A stretch of 64,000 bases of DNA. Source: an uncultured bacterium (GTDB lineage: Bacteria; Patescibacteriota; Minisyncoccia; UBA6257; 2-01-FULL-56-20). Below the pieces are notes generated by a model. It searched no databases. It saw only the letters and a program-made list of their open reading frames with translations, and had not been told where the DNA came from. A program made the position numbers and the translations under genes. The DNA lies in the NCBI GenBank assembly GCA_963725235.1, contig CAVRXN010000002.1:250902-314901 (forward strand), written 5' to 3'. Positions 18,075 through 29,152 of the stretch are shown here, piece after piece (positions within the stretch are counted from its first letter, which is position 1; each line of letters starts with the position of its first letter).

Positions 18075-18473
18075 ATGTCAATAAAAATTGAATTCGATGG
18101 ACCTACACCTAGTGGCGTCTTAGCGATAACGGATCTTATCGGTCGGGGTCTTGCAGATTTCTCCGTCAAGCAGCTTTTCGAAGTTTATCGACCAGCGGTT
18201 GGAGCTCATCAAGACCTGGTTGCGGGCTATCTGGTTGATTGCGATGTTGCTAACGTCTACGCGGAGTATTTACAAGCGATGAGTTATGATGGTGGCGGTA
18301 ACTGGTTAACTCGCCAGGTGCCGGCGCTGACGGATGACTCGATAGTTTTTCCGTTTTTATCACTTGGTAAGGCGGGCAGGATGATCAACCTAGAGCACGC
18401 CCGGATCGAAGCCAAAAAATGGTTTTTGGGCAAGTTAACACACAGTCAGCAAGTTCTTCTTGAGTTGTTATAA
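18075..18473 (+). CDS. Hypothetical protein
   Basis: AAAGGA before the ATG. 132 aa with no motif recognised. Confidence 0.5.
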   Translation: MSIKIEFDGPTPSGVLAITDLIGRGLADFSVKQLFEVYRPAVGAHQDLVAGYLVDCDVANVYAEYLQAMSYDGGGNWLTRQVPALTDDSIVFPFLSLGKAGRMINLEHARIEAKKWFLGKLTHSQQVLLELL

Positions 18474-18582
18474 CTACGTCACCATGTTCTCAAATGGCTC
18501 GGATCCATGTATCCGAGCCATTTTCTATTTGCCAAAACGCCAAAAATGAATAATAATAGGAGAATTGCTGTATTAATCTCCT

Positions 18583-19842
18583 ATGGCGCGCAAAGCTACT
18601 AAACGAAAATTGACAAAAAAGCCCAAAACAACGGGACGGAAAGGGGCCAAGAAATCGTTAAAACCGAAGAAGCCGGCGGGGAAAAAGACGCCTAAGGCCG
18701 GTGCGAAAAAAGCACAAAAAAACCTGAAGCCGGCGAAGCCGCTTTCGAAGCTCGATAAGGCATTGAAGGCGAATGCGAAGGAGATTGATGAACTGATCGA
18801 GCGGGGCCGACCGCGCGGATTCGTGACAGACAACGAGATCCTCTATTATTTCCCAAAGATCGAGGACAACGTCGAGATGCTCGACGAAATTTATGACCGG
18901 CTCGAGAAGGCGGGGATTAAGGTTATCGAGACGAGCGCACTGATCGATTTTTCGAAGGATGAGAATGAAAAAGTACTCGATGATTCGATGGCGTTCGAGG
19001 GCGACGTGCCGGACGCGGTGCAAATGTATTTAAAAGAGATCGGCAAGACGCCGCTGTTGTCGAAGGATGAGGAGCGCGAGCTCGCGAAGCGGGCGGAGAA
19101 AGGAGAAGAGGAGGCGCGCCAGCGATTGATGAAGGCGAACTTGCGGTTGGTCGTTTCGATCGCGAAGCGGTATGTCAATCGGACGCCGCACTTGAGCATT
19201 TTGGATTTGATTCAAGAAGGCAATATCGGTCTCTCGCGCGCCGTCGAAAAATTCGACTATCGCCGCGGCTTTAAGTTCTCGACATACGCAACATGGTGGA
19301 TTCGCCAGGCGATCACGCGTGCCCTCGCCGACCAGTCGCGCACAGTCCGCATCCCGGTCCACATGGTTGAAACGATTTCGAAATACACGCAGGTTCGCCG
19401 CCAGCTGATCCAGGAACTCGGCCGTGATCCGCTCGCCGAAGAGATCGCCGCCGAGATGGGCATCGATGTCGACAAGGTTCGGCACATCCAAAAGATTTCG
19501 CAGGAAGTGCTGTCGATCGAAACACCGATCGGCGATGAGGATGATTCGACGCTGTCCGATTTCATCCAGGATGAAAAAAATCCGACGCCATCGCAGCTGA
19601 CCGCGCGCGCGATGCTCCGCGATCTTATAAAAGAAATTATGATCGACTTGTCCGAGCGTGAACAGCAAATTTTGAAAATGCGGTTTGGCCTCGAAGACGG
19701 CGTTTCGCACACACTCGAAGAAGTCGGCAAAGCGTTTGGTGTCACGCGCGAACGTATCCGCCAGATCGAAGCAAAAGCTCTCGAAAAAATCCGTGAACAC
19801 GGCAAGGCCGCAGCGCTCGAAGGATTTGAGAATTTAGGGTAG
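18583..19842 (+). CDS. rpoD: RNA polymerase sigma factor RpoD (lysine-rich N-terminus)
   Basis: Region 2 [13 protein letters not shown], region 4 [23 protein letters not shown]. Confidence 0.9.
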   Translation: MARKATKRKLTKKPKTTGRKGAKKSLKPKKPAGKKTPKAGAKKAQKNLKPAKPLSKLDKALKANAKEIDELIERGRPRGFVTDNEILYYFPKIEDNVEMLDEIYDRLEKAGIKVIETSALIDFSKDENEKVLDDSMAFEGDVPDAVQMYLKEIGKTPLLSKDEERELAKRAEKGEEEARQRLMKANLRLVVSIAKRYVNRTPHLSILDLIQEGNIGLSRAVEKFDYRRGFKFSTYATWWIRQAITRALADQSRTVRIPVHMVETISKYTQVRRQLIQELGRDPLAEEIAAEMGIDVDKVRHIQKISQEVLSIETPIGDEDDSTLSDFIQDEKNPTPSQLTARAMLRDLIKEIMIDLSEREQQILKMRFGLEDGVSHTLEEVGKAFGVTRERIRQIEAKALEKIREHGKAAALEGFENLG

Positions 19843-19874
19843 GGGTGGTAGAATAGGCTTTAGAGGAGGCGTAA

Positions 19875-20177
19875 GTGGAAACTACACTCAATCGTTATGG
19901 TTCGAATCAGATCGGGCTTGGTTGGATGGGCTCGGTGTTGGGCGGGCTTGCGGCAGTTGCTGTCGTGTTGTTTTTAGGAATTCAACTTTTCCTGAATGAG
20001 TATAACCAGCTCTTGGGTTGGTGGGCTGTCCTAACGTTCGTCGGGATTATTGCAAGCATGATCACGGCTTATCGGCTTGTAAGGCTCGGTCGATTTCGGT
20101 CGTGTTGGTGCGCGTTCAGCATCGCTGTCGTCGCAGGATGGGTCGTCGCGTTCCTGTGGTTTTGGCTGACGGCCTAG
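19875..20177 (+). CDS. Small membrane protein (hypothetical)
   Basis: GAGGAGG lies 6 nt before the GTG start. Three hydrophobic helices. Confidence 0.5.
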   Translation: METTLNRYGSNQIGLGWMGSVLGGLAAVAVVLFLGIQLFLNEYNQLLGWWAVLTFVGIIASMITAYRLVRLGRFRSCWCAFSIAVVAGWVVAFLWFWLTA

Positions 20178-20298
20178 TTACATTAACAAAACTCATCCGT
20201 AAAACTAGCCCGCCGCATTCGCGTCGGGCCTTTTCTTGTTTGCAAGGATGAAATTTTCAATAAATGAAGCTTGCGCGTAAACCTAAGAAAATGCTTAA

Positions 20299-22350
20299 AT
20301 GAACATTATGGAAATCGCTGAAATCCGCAAAAAATACCTCGATTTTTTTAAAGCGCGCCAGCACGTCATTATCCCGTCCGCACCGCTGGTGCCCGAGAAT
20401 GATCCGACGACGCTGTTCACGGGCAGCGGTATGCAGCCGATGATCCGTTATTTGCTTGGTGCGAATCATCCTGAGGGCGCGCGCATCGCGGATTCCCAGA
20501 AAGCTTTTCGGACGGGAGATATCGAAGAAATAGGCGACAATCGTCATACGACGTTTTTCGAAATGCTTGGCAATTGGTCGCTCGGAGATTATTTCAGAGA
20601 AGAACAATTGCCATGGATCTTTGAGTTTCTGACGGGAACATCTTCTGGCGGCGGCATCGGCCTCGATCCGAAACGGATCTATGTCACGGCGTTCGCTGGG
20701 GATGAAAAAAATAATTTGCCACGAGATACAGAAGCGGCCGAAATTTGGCAGCGGCTTTTTAAAGAGCGGGGAATTGATGCTACAGTTGCACTCATCGGTT
20801 CCGAGTCGGATGGCTATCAGCGCGGTATAAAATCTGGCGAGCGAATTTTTTATTACGACGCGAAAAAAAATTGGTGGAGCCGCGCTGGCGTTCCGGATAA
20901 TATGCCCGCAGGCGAACCGGGCGGGCCGGATTCGGAAATGTTCTACCGCTTCGACGATTCAGTACACACCCCCGCCGAGCAGAAAAAGTTTGGTATGCAT
21001 TGCCATCCGAACTGCGATTGCGGCCGTTTCGTTGAGATTGGCAATAGCGTTTTCATGCAATACGTTAAAAATCCCGATGGATCTTTTGGATTGCTTCCCA
21101 AAAGAAACGTTGATTTCGGTGGCGGTCTTGAGCGCATTGCGATGGCGGCAAACGTGCCCGACATTATCGCGGTATGCCATCGACCCATTATCGACGCGCT
21201 CGAAAAGGTTTCGGGCAAAAAATATGTTGGTGGGTTGCTTGCTTCCGAAGACGATATTTCTTTCCGCATCATAGCCGACCATATCAAAGCCGCGGCATTT
21301 CTGATCGGCGATGGTGTTTTACCCGGGAACGTTGAGCGCGGCTACTTCGTACGTCGATTGTTGCGCCGCGCGATACGGCATGTCCATAAGCTCGGCATCC
21401 GCGGTTTCAAAATAGCATCACTCGTCGATCCGGCACTCGAACAATATAAGAATGCGTATCCCGAAACGTATGTCGCGCGGGAAGCCATTAGGCAAGTTAT
21501 TGACGATGAAGCATTGAAATTCGGCAAAACACTGAAGAAAGCACTCTGGGCGTTCGATCGCGCTTTTGGTGTCGGGGATTCACCGGAACAGCCGTTTGGT
21601 CCGGAAGATTTCGATATGCCAAAAGATATTATCCGCAAACTTCCGAAAAAGGGTGCACCATCCGGCGAGAATCTTGGCGAACTGCTCTTTTATTTCAATC
21701 AGTCATTTGGTTTTCCGCTCGAGCTATCGCTCGAAAAAATCCACGAATATGGGATCAAATTTACGGAAGCAGACATCGAAAAAATAAAGCAAGATTATCA
21801 AACAGCAAACGATGAACATGTACTCAAATCACGCGCGAGCGTCGAGCAAAAATTTCGCGGTGGTCTTGCTGATCATTCCGAAAAAACGACGCGCTTGCAC
21901 ACGGCGCATCATTTATTATTACGCGCCCTGCAAACCGTTCTCGGCCCGCAAGTGAAGCAGCGCGGCAGTAATATAACGAGCGAACGTTTGCGGCTCGATT
22001 TTAATTACGATGGCAAGATGACGGATGAACAAAAGCGCGAGGTTGAAAAAATCGTCAACGAAAAAATTGCTGAGGACTTGCCCGTCATAAGAACCGAGAT
22101 GGCGCGCGAGGATGCGGAGAAGCTCGGCGCGGAACATGAGTTCGGCGCAAAATATCCGGAGCGTGTGTCGGTCTATTCGATCGGGCCGCGCGATGCGACG
22201 CAAGCCGACCCGAAATTTGCAGAGGCATTCTCGATCGAATTCTGCGGCGGCCCGCATGTCACGCGGACGAGCGAGGTCGGACATTTCAAACTGGCAAAAG
22301 AAGAGGCGGTTGCGGCAGGGGTGCGGAGGGTTCGCGGGGTGGTGGACTAA
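20299..22350 (+). CDS. alaS: Alanine--tRNA ligase (compact, no C-Ala domain)
   Basis: FTGSGMQP, HTTFFEMLGNWS, and editing-domain HTAHHLL and CGGPHV. 683 aa. Confidence 0.9.
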   Translation: MNIMEIAEIRKKYLDFFKARQHVIIPSAPLVPENDPTTLFTGSGMQPMIRYLLGANHPEGARIADSQKAFRTGDIEEIGDNRHTTFFEMLGNWSLGDYFREEQLPWIFEFLTGTSSGGGIGLDPKRIYVTAFAGDEKNNLPRDTEAAEIWQRLFKERGIDATVALIGSESDGYQRGIKSGERIFYYDAKKNWWSRAGVPDNMPAGEPGGPDSEMFYRFDDSVHTPAEQKKFGMHCHPNCDCGRFVEIGNSVFMQYVKNPDGSFGLLPKRNVDFGGGLERIAMAANVPDIIAVCHRPIIDALEKVSGKKYVGGLLASEDDISFRIIADHIKAAAFLIGDGVLPGNVERGYFVRRLLRRAIRHVHKLGIRGFKIASLVDPALEQYKNAYPETYVAREAIRQVIDDEALKFGKTLKKALWAFDRAFGVGDSPEQPFGPEDFDMPKDIIRKLPKKGAPSGENLGELLFYFNQSFGFPLELSLEKIHEYGIKFTEADIEKIKQDYQTANDEHVLKSRASVEQKFRGGLADHSEKTTRLHTAHHLLLRALQTVLGPQVKQRGSNITSERLRLDFNYDGKMTDEQKREVEKIVNEKIAEDLPVIRTEMAREDAEKLGAEHEFGAKYPERVSVYSIGPRDATQADPKFAEAFSIEFCGGPHVTRTSEVGHFKLAKEEAVAAGVRRVRGVVD

Positions 22351-22423
22351 AGTCATCGGATAAGGTATAATCTCCATTAGTTGGGTCCGTCGGTCATCAA
22401 TTCAATATCGTGGAGGAACAACA

Positions 22424-23188
22424 GTGATGCAGGTAAGTCACGTTTCGATCGGTGAACCGGTCGTTCAGTCAGTATTGAGCGGTCGTTTCAACAAGACGGC
22501 CGTGTACATTAACCGTCTGAACTGGAAGCTCTCATTCGATCAAATCATTGATCGGCTCCAAAAAGGAGATTCGTTGGCGTCCATTGCTAAGGATGCTGGC
22601 GTGACCAGGCAAGCTTTCCAGCATATGTATGATCTTCGACTCAGGAAGTGTCTTCCTGGCCGGCTGAGCGGAAGAGGTCGCCAAAGGGTTTTTCGAGAGA
22701 AGCATCGGGAAGAACGGTCGAAAAACGAAATTCCATCTAATCCCGAGTTCGCAAAGATTATAGAAGAGCTGCGCTCCCGGCAATCCGTGGTTAGCCTGAT
22801 TCGGACCGCTGATCACGCGAATGCTAAGTTTTGCGAAACTCATGCAGTCATCAATGGTCAATTGTGTTCGTTTCACTGCGTGACACGAAAGACCAAGCAC
22901 CCACGTGGTAAACGAGAATTTGCTCGTACGCATATTCGTTGCTCCCGGTTGAGAAAGGTAATGTTTGTAATTTTCGCTATTCGAATCGATGGGCTCGAAG
23001 CTCAGAATTTCGTCATCCCGGCTGTCGATCTTTTGGCGGACTGTCCAGAAGGTGGAAATAGCGTGGCGATCAGAGTCCCGCTGAAGGATTTGGAAGCCTA
23101 CAATAACATCAATCCGCGGCGGGATATGCTTAGTTATCAAGATGCATGGCATCTGATCACCGAGAGGATACATTCTTCGCCTCGCTGA
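22424..23188 (+). CDS. Hypothetical protein with an N-terminal helix-turn-helix
   Basis: GGAGG before the start. HTH-like SLASIAKDAGVTRQAFQHMY. The C-terminal half is unassigned. The antisense ORF 22532..23173 is judged a shadow. Confidence 0.55.
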   Translation: MMQVSHVSIGEPVVQSVLSGRFNKTAVYINRLNWKLSFDQIIDRLQKGDSLASIAKDAGVTRQAFQHMYDLRLRKCLPGRLSGRGRQRVFREKHREERSKNEIPSNPEFAKIIEELRSRQSVVSLIRTADHANAKFCETHAVINGQLCSFHCVTRKTKHPRGKREFARTHIRCSRLRKVMFVIFAIRIDGLEAQNFVIPAVDLLADCPEGGNSVAIRVPLKDLEAYNNINPRRDMLSYQDAWHLITERIHSSPR

Positions 23189-23271
23189 TCTCAGAACTAA
23201 AGGGCACCTTCCAAGCCGAGGGCGCCCGTTTTTTATTTTGCCTCGCCAAGAGATGATGCTAAACTAAACCT

Positions 23272-24465
23272 GTGACCCCTGTCTCCCAACTCTCCAAGAA
23301 AACCAAGCGCCTGCTTGCCCCGCGCGAGAAATTTCTGGTCCTCGAGGTGACGCCAGCAGGGACGAATGCGCTCTTCCTAAGTGTCGACGAGGATAATGTA
23401 TTGACGATCGAAAAATCGGTCGCCGGCGCAGACCTTAAAAAATTCTTAAATTCACCGTTTCGGAGCATTACACAAAAATCATGGGAAGGAAAATACTTTT
23501 TTAAATCACGCCGGAAAGTGATCGTCTCCGCCGACCCTTCGCTCGCGACGACGATGCCGATTCCGCTCGACCTCGCGCGCGACCGGACGAAATGGAAAGA
23601 TGAAATAACACTCGACGAGCTCGAAAATCTAATAGCACAGGCGATGCAAAAAGTGTTCACGCAGTGCCGCAGCGAAGCGGCAAAGCGGCTCGGCGTCGAT
23701 GACATCCATACGATTATGGTCGGCGCGAAAGTGAATCGGTTTAAAATCGACGGGCATGCCGTCATGAACCCGATCGAATTCACCGGCAAAAAAATCTCGC
23801 TCCTGCTTGAACTGACGTTTACGAGCCGCGACGTCTTCGAAAATTTGAAACAATTTTTCAGTGCGCCCGACGAATTCTTTTTTATAGAATCACCGCAGGC
23901 GGCGCTCCTTTCGATCGCCCGCGCCCGCGAATTGCCGATCAGCATCGTGATGGGCAACCAGCTTTTCGTCTTCCAAAAAGTCGAAGGTGACTATCCGGTC
24001 TTGTATCGCGAGCCGCTGCCGTGGTCATTCGCATCGATTTTTCGGCGGATCGCCGACGAATTCGGCGTGAGCGAAAAAGTAGCCAAGGATCTCTATTACG
24101 CATACCGGCGCGGCGAACTTTCAGAAAGCGCCAAACGCGGATTGAAAAAAGCGATCCAACCCGCGGTTGATAATTTCTTCGAAGCCATCGCAAAAGCAAA
24201 ACTGACCGGGACGGTGTATATCGATACGGCATATCCATTGCCGTTCGATGCGCCACATCGCGAGAGCGGCGCCAAGTTCGAGGAATTGCCGATTGGCGAA
24301 ATTTTGGCAGAACTCGGCCTGCAGTCGACGACCGACGGTTCAACCAACAGCGAGTTACAAGCGCTGTTCCGTAATCTTGCACCATTCCTCGAATCATATT
24401 TCGCAAAAAGCACATCCGAGATCAACCAGAAATTGCGCCGACGTCTGCACTGGCTGGCGGATTAA
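23272..24465 (+). CDS. Hypothetical protein
   Basis: 397-aa ORF with a GTG start. Coding-like composition and no motif recognised. Confidence 0.5.
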   Translation: MTPVSQLSKKTKRLLAPREKFLVLEVTPAGTNALFLSVDEDNVLTIEKSVAGADLKKFLNSPFRSITQKSWEGKYFFKSRRKVIVSADPSLATTMPIPLDLARDRTKWKDEITLDELENLIAQAMQKVFTQCRSEAAKRLGVDDIHTIMVGAKVNRFKIDGHAVMNPIEFTGKKISLLLELTFTSRDVFENLKQFFSAPDEFFFIESPQAALLSIARARELPISIVMGNQLFVFQKVEGDYPVLYREPLPWSFASIFRRIADEFGVSEKVAKDLYYAYRRGELSESAKRGLKKAIQPAVDNFFEAIAKAKLTGTVYIDTAYPLPFDAPHRESGAKFEELPIGEILAELGLQSTTDGSTNSELQALFRNLAPFLESYFAKSTSEINQKLRRRLHWLAD

Positions 24466-24505
24466 CTATGGTATAATTTTTAATGTAATCGCGTATTAAA
24501 AACAT

Positions 24506-26233
24506 ATGAAAAAAATAACCGTTGATAAAAACGAAGGGATTGCGGAAGTCATCGATCGGATGTTGGCAACCGAGGACGCTGAAGTATTGCTGATCATACC
24601 GAAGGGTTCGGCGCTCGGGAAATCGGCAAGCAATTTTCGCTTATTGAAGCGTGAAGCGGCAGCGGCCGAGAAAACAATCCAGATCGAATCAACCGACCAG
24701 GAGGTCGCCGCATTCGCGGAAATGCACGGGCTCGATATGGCGGACACGCGCGCCGGATCGAAGCGGGTTTCGGACATTATCCCGAAATCTGCCATGAATG
24801 AGGATGAGGCGGAGGATGAAGAGGGTGGCGAGGCGAGCCGGACGCGCAAGAAGGCAGGGATCAAGCTGACGGTGCATGCCGAGGCAAGCCCCGTCAATGA
24901 AGACGATAGCGAAGACGAGGATAAGGAGGAGGAAGAAAAGATGTTCTCCAGCGAGAACCGATTTTTCAAGCCGCGAACCAACATTAGTGCAGGCGCAGGA
25001 GCAAACAAGAATGACGACGATGACGATAACGAACGAACGGGCGGCGGCGCCGGAAAAGTAGTTGCCTGGATTGTCGGCGCAGTGATCGTCCTCGCTGCAA
25101 TATTCTACGGCGTGACGATATTTTTTGGCCATGCCCAAGTGACGATCGACTTCACGCAAACGCCGTGGAACTATCAGGGTAGTTTCATCGCCGCGAAGAA
25201 TGCGTCGGCTATCGAGGCGAATACGGCGAGCGCGTCGGGCGTTGGTACGATAACCATCCCGGCACAGGTTTTCACGGCGCAAAAAAATATTACCGAACTG
25301 TTTCCGGCAACCGGGCCGTCCGTCAGCGGTTCGACGAAGGCGCAGGGGACGATAACGATATATAACGATTACAGCTCGGCGCCGCAGGAACTCGTCGCGA
25401 CGACGAGGTTCGTAACGCCCGCCGGCCAAATTTTCCGGCTCGTAAACGGCGTCACGATTCCGGGCGCAACCGTCGCGGCAAATGGCGTAATAACACCGTC
25501 ATCGATAACCGCCGCGATCATCGCCGACCAGGGTGGCTCGGCGTATAACGTCGGCCCGATTGCGAAGCTTACCATCCCTGGATTCCAAAATGACCCGGGC
25601 AGGTATGCGGGTTTCTACGGTGCAATAACGGGCATGACGACCGGCGGTGGTTCGGGCACGCATCCCGTGGCGAGCGCCTCCGACATCGCCGCCGCGAAAG
25701 CGAGCACGACAGCAATCTTACAATCCGATCTGCAAAGTGGCCTCTCCGGCAGTTACACGAATAATTTTAAAATCCTCGACGGCGCAACCGACATCCAAGT
25801 CGGCAAGCTGACCGTCAATACCTCGACCGATGCAAACGGCGACTTCAGTGTCTTTGGTGAAGCATCGTTGACCGCGATCGGTTTCGATGAGAATGCGCTC
25901 GAAAACTACCTACTCGCCGCAGCGGAAGCCGCCGCAACGGGCGGCGACGCGAACGTCAGCTCGACGTTTAAGACAATCAATCTTAGCTACGCGAACGTCC
26001 AGGCAAATTTCAGCACCGGTCAAGTAAGTTTTTCACTGAACGGCACCGGTTCAATCGAACCCGCATTCTCGCCAACCGATTTTGCCGCCTCGCTCGCCGG
26101 CCAAAGCATCAGCAGCGCTCGGACCACGATCGCATCGCTTCCAGAGCTGTCCAACGGCACAATCTCCGTTTGGCCGATCTGGCTCTGGAGCATGCCCTCA
26201 AATCCAGACAAGATCGAAGTTACTGCGCAGTAG
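24506..26233 (+). CDS. Membrane-anchored hypothetical protein with an acidic linker
   Basis: Asp/Glu-rich tract, single TM helix VVAWIVGAVIVLAAIFYGVTIFF, then a large Thr/Ser/Ala/Gly-rich extracytoplasmic part. Confidence 0.55.
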   Translation: MKKITVDKNEGIAEVIDRMLATEDAEVLLIIPKGSALGKSASNFRLLKREAAAAEKTIQIESTDQEVAAFAEMHGLDMADTRAGSKRVSDIIPKSAMNEDEAEDEEGGEASRTRKKAGIKLTVHAEASPVNEDDSEDEDKEEEEKMFSSENRFFKPRTNISAGAGANKNDDDDDNERTGGGAGKVVAWIVGAVIVLAAIFYGVTIFFGHAQVTIDFTQTPWNYQGSFIAAKNASAIEANTASASGVGTITIPAQVFTAQKNITELFPATGPSVSGSTKAQGTITIYNDYSSAPQELVATTRFVTPAGQIFRLVNGVTIPGATVAANGVITPSSITAAIIADQGGSAYNVGPIAKLTIPGFQNDPGRYAGFYGAITGMTTGGGSGTHPVASASDIAAAKASTTAILQSDLQSGLSGSYTNNFKILDGATDIQVGKLTVNTSTDANGDFSVFGEASLTAIGFDENALENYLLAAAEAAATGGDANVSSTFKTINLSYANVQANFSTGQVSFSLNGTGSIEPAFSPTDFAASLAGQSISSARTTIASLPELSNGTISVWPIWLWSMPSNPDKIEVTAQ

Positions 26234-26702
26234 CGAGTGCCGTCGTCGAGCTCGGCTCGCTGATAATGACGATATTCGTATGGTCCATACCGAACCGGAT
26301 GGCCGCGTTAACCGACGGCATCCAGATGTCGATCGTATTCTTGATGCGCGTGCTCATGCGGTCCTCGATCGTAAAGATCTGGGCACCGAACAAGGCCGGG
26401 ATCTCGATCTTGGTGCCGAACGGCAGGATATTCGAGGCGGCTTCGCCGAAATAGACGTGCGTGCCATTTGCCGTTATAAACGGGGTACTGTCGGTCTCGT
26501 CGGGAACACTCGCATAGGCCGTCACGCGCATGTAGAGCGGCGTTGGGATAGCTGGGATGGCGTCAGCGGCACTGGCCGCAGTTGAGGCAGTATTGGTCGT
26601 ATCCACGCCGGGATTACCGCCGGCCTGGGCGACTACAAAGGGCAGGGCGGCATAATAAACGAGCGTAGCCGCCGTGACCAGGTATATAAAGTATTTTCTC
26701 AT
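26220..26702 (-). CDS. 3D-domain (RlpA/MltA-like) cell-wall protein
   Basis: Signal-like N-terminus. MRVTAYASVPDETDSTPFITANGT and IEDRM fit the 3D domain. Confidence 0.7.
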   Translation of the reverse strand: MRKYFIYLVTAATLVYYAALPFVVAQAGGNPGVDTTNTASTAASAADAIPAIPTPLYMRVTAYASVPDETDSTPFITANGTHVYFGEAASNILPFGTKIEIPALFGAQIFTIEDRMSTRIKNTIDIWMPSVNAAIRFGMDHTNIVIISEPSSTTALATAQ

Positions 26703-26838
26703 GTGATACAGCCAAATCTTCCAACAAAAAACGCCCTCGCGGGCATTTAAACGTTATCCAATTCAGTTGTAGGTAAAGTATAGCAAACCCACGGCCGAAG
26801 TCAAGTCCCCGTTTTGCGACAGATAACTAGACGGCCGT

Positions 26839-26867
26839 TTGACGGAAAAGGGGCGCCTTGCTATACT
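26839..26867 (+). promoter_or_regulatory. Sigma70-like promoter placing the start at or near the rpsP ATG (leaderless?)
   Basis: TTGACG (26839-26844), 17-nt spacer, TATACT (26862-26867), then only 7 nt to ATG 26875 and no SD. Confidence 0.4.
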
Positions 26868-26874
26868 TTTCTCC

Positions 26875-27285
26875 ATGTTATCCATCAAGTTACAGCGCAT
26901 AGGCAAGAAGCACCAGCCGAGCTATCGGCTCGTTGTCGCTGAAGCGCGCTCGAAGATGGCCGCTCCGCCGGTAGAGGATTTGGGTTCATATCAGCCACGC
27001 GGCAAAGCAGCTGCGTTTAAGAAGGATCGCGTCTCGTACTGGCTCGGCGTCGGCGCCCAGCCAACCGTCTCAGTCCATAACTTCCTCGTCGCACAGGGAA
27101 TCGTTACCGGCGGGAAGCTCGCCGTGAAGATGCCAAGAAAACTGGTAGAGCCGGCAGCGAAGGAGGCGGCGGTGGCGGAAGCCGCGGCGGCGCCGGAAAC
27201 GGCCACCCCAGCCGCGGAGGCCTCGACCGAAACTCCAGCAGAACCCGTTGCGGAAATTCCAGCAGAAGAAACACCGGCCGCGTAG
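26875..27285 (+). CDS. rpsP: 30S ribosomal protein S16 with an Ala/Glu/Pro-rich C-terminal tail
   Basis: MLSIKLQRIGKKHQPSYRLVVAEARS. ATG 26875 lies inside track ORF 26839..27285. Confidence 0.9.
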   Translation: MLSIKLQRIGKKHQPSYRLVVAEARSKMAAPPVEDLGSYQPRGKAAAFKKDRVSYWLGVGAQPTVSVHNFLVAQGIVTGGKLAVKMPRKLVEPAAKEAAVAEAAAAPETATPAAEASTETPAEPVAEIPAEETPAA

Positions 27286-27326
27286 CCGGTTTTTTCTTGT
27301 GCTATAATAAAATTTCTAAATCCCGC

Positions 27327-29145
27327 ATGACCCTTCTCTATTCCTATCTGAAGCGCTATCAAAAGCTGTTGTGGCTGACGCTCGTGTTCGCAACGATCAA
27401 CACGGTTTTTTCACTCGTCGATCCGCAAGTCTTCCGGTTGATCGTCGATAATTATGTTTCGCAGATCGGCACGATCTCCCGCGCCGACTTTTTGCGCGGT
27501 GTCGGGCTGCTCCTTGGCGCGAGCGTGGCCGCCGCATTCATCTCGCGCGTCGCGAAAAATTTCCAGCAATATTACGAAAATGTCGTCACGCAACGCGTCG
27601 GCACGGATCTCTACGCCCATAGCGTTGCGCACTCATTCTCGCTTCCGTACGCGATTTTCGAAGATCAGCGCTCCGGTGAACTCCTGCAAAAACTCCAAAA
27701 AGCGCGGCTCGATTCGCAGCAGCTGATCGTCAACTTTGTCGATATCGTCTTCGTCGCGCTCGTCGGCATCGTCCTCGTCATCGCGTACGCATTCTACATA
27801 AACTGGATCATCGGCCTGCTTATATTTCCTTGTCATTCCGATCCTCGGCACCGTTTTATTCTTCATCGGCCGTAAAATCAAGACGATTCAAAAAACCATC
27901 GTCGTCGAATCCGCGAACCTTGCCGGCTCGACGACTGAGACGCTAAGAAATGTTGAGCTCGTCAAAAGCCTAGGACTTGAAGACCAGGAAACAAAACGGT
28001 TGAATGCGGTCAATGATAAAGTGCTGGCGCTCGAGCTGTCGAAGCTAACGTTAATTCGAAAATTAAGTTTCACGCAGGGAACGACGGTCAACGCAATGCG
28101 TTCGGCGATTCTGTTTGCAATGCTGTGGCTGATTTTGATCGGTTCGATTTCGCTCGGTGAGTTTTTGACACTCTGGTTCTATTCGTTCTACATTTTCGCG
28201 CCGCTCGGTGATGTCGGCACGGTTGCCGCGCAGTACCAAGAAGCGAAAGGCAGCTTGGAGAAGCTCGAAGAAATTTTGGATATCAAGTCGGAAGAGAAGC
28301 CGGCTAATCCGGTCGCGATCGGGCAGTTGAAGGATGTTACGTTCGATCATGTCAGTTTTTCATACGGGGAAGCGGCTGTGGCAGCCGGCGGTAAGGATGG
28401 CTTGGTTGTCGCGCTCGCCGATGTTTCGCTCGAGATTCGCGGCGGCGAAGTCATCGCGTTCGCCGGCTATTCCGGTTCCGGCAAAACGACGATGATCAAA
28501 CTGCTCGTCGGGTTATACAAGCCGACCGTCGGAAATGTTTCCCTGAACGGCGTCGATGGTAACAATATCGATTACGACGTCCTGCGCCAGCACATCGGTT
28601 ATGTTTCGCAGGATACACAATTATTCGCCGGCACAATCCGCGAAAACTTGCTGTTCGTAAATCCGGATGCGACTGATGACGCGTGCTGGGAAGCGTTGCG
28701 CAGCGCCGCAGTCGCCGACGTCGCCGATCGCGGCGGCAAAGGACTCGATACGAAAATTGGCGAAGGCGGTTTGAAATTGTCCGGCGGCGAACGCCAGCGC
28801 CTCGCGATCGCGCGCGCGCTCGTTCGTAATCCCGATTTAATAATTTTTGACGAGGCAACGTCGTCACTCGATTCAATAACCGAGCGCTCGATAACCGACA
28901 CGATCAAGGAGATCACCCGTTCACGGCCGAACCTGATTACCGTGATGGTCGCACACCGTCTTTCGACCATCGCACACGCCGACCGTATCTACGTTTTGCA
29001 GAAAGGCAAAATCATCGAGTCGGGCTCGCATGATGCATTATTAAAAAATCATGATGGATTGTATGCGGCGCTGTGGAAAGAGCAGAGTGGTGCGGCTGCC
29101 GAACGTGGCGGCGCGACGGCGGGCGCTATCACCGCTGCGGTATAA
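27327..29145 (+). CDS. ABC exporter (fused permease + ATPase, MsbA-like), interrupted by one frameshift
   Basis: Walker A GYSGSGKTT, signature LSGGERQRLAIARAL, Walker B IIFDEATS. The TMD reads in frame 0 up to about 27825 and continues in frame 1 (open from 27802). The junction is in tatatttcc. Confidence 0.85.
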
Positions 29146-29152
29146 TAACAAC

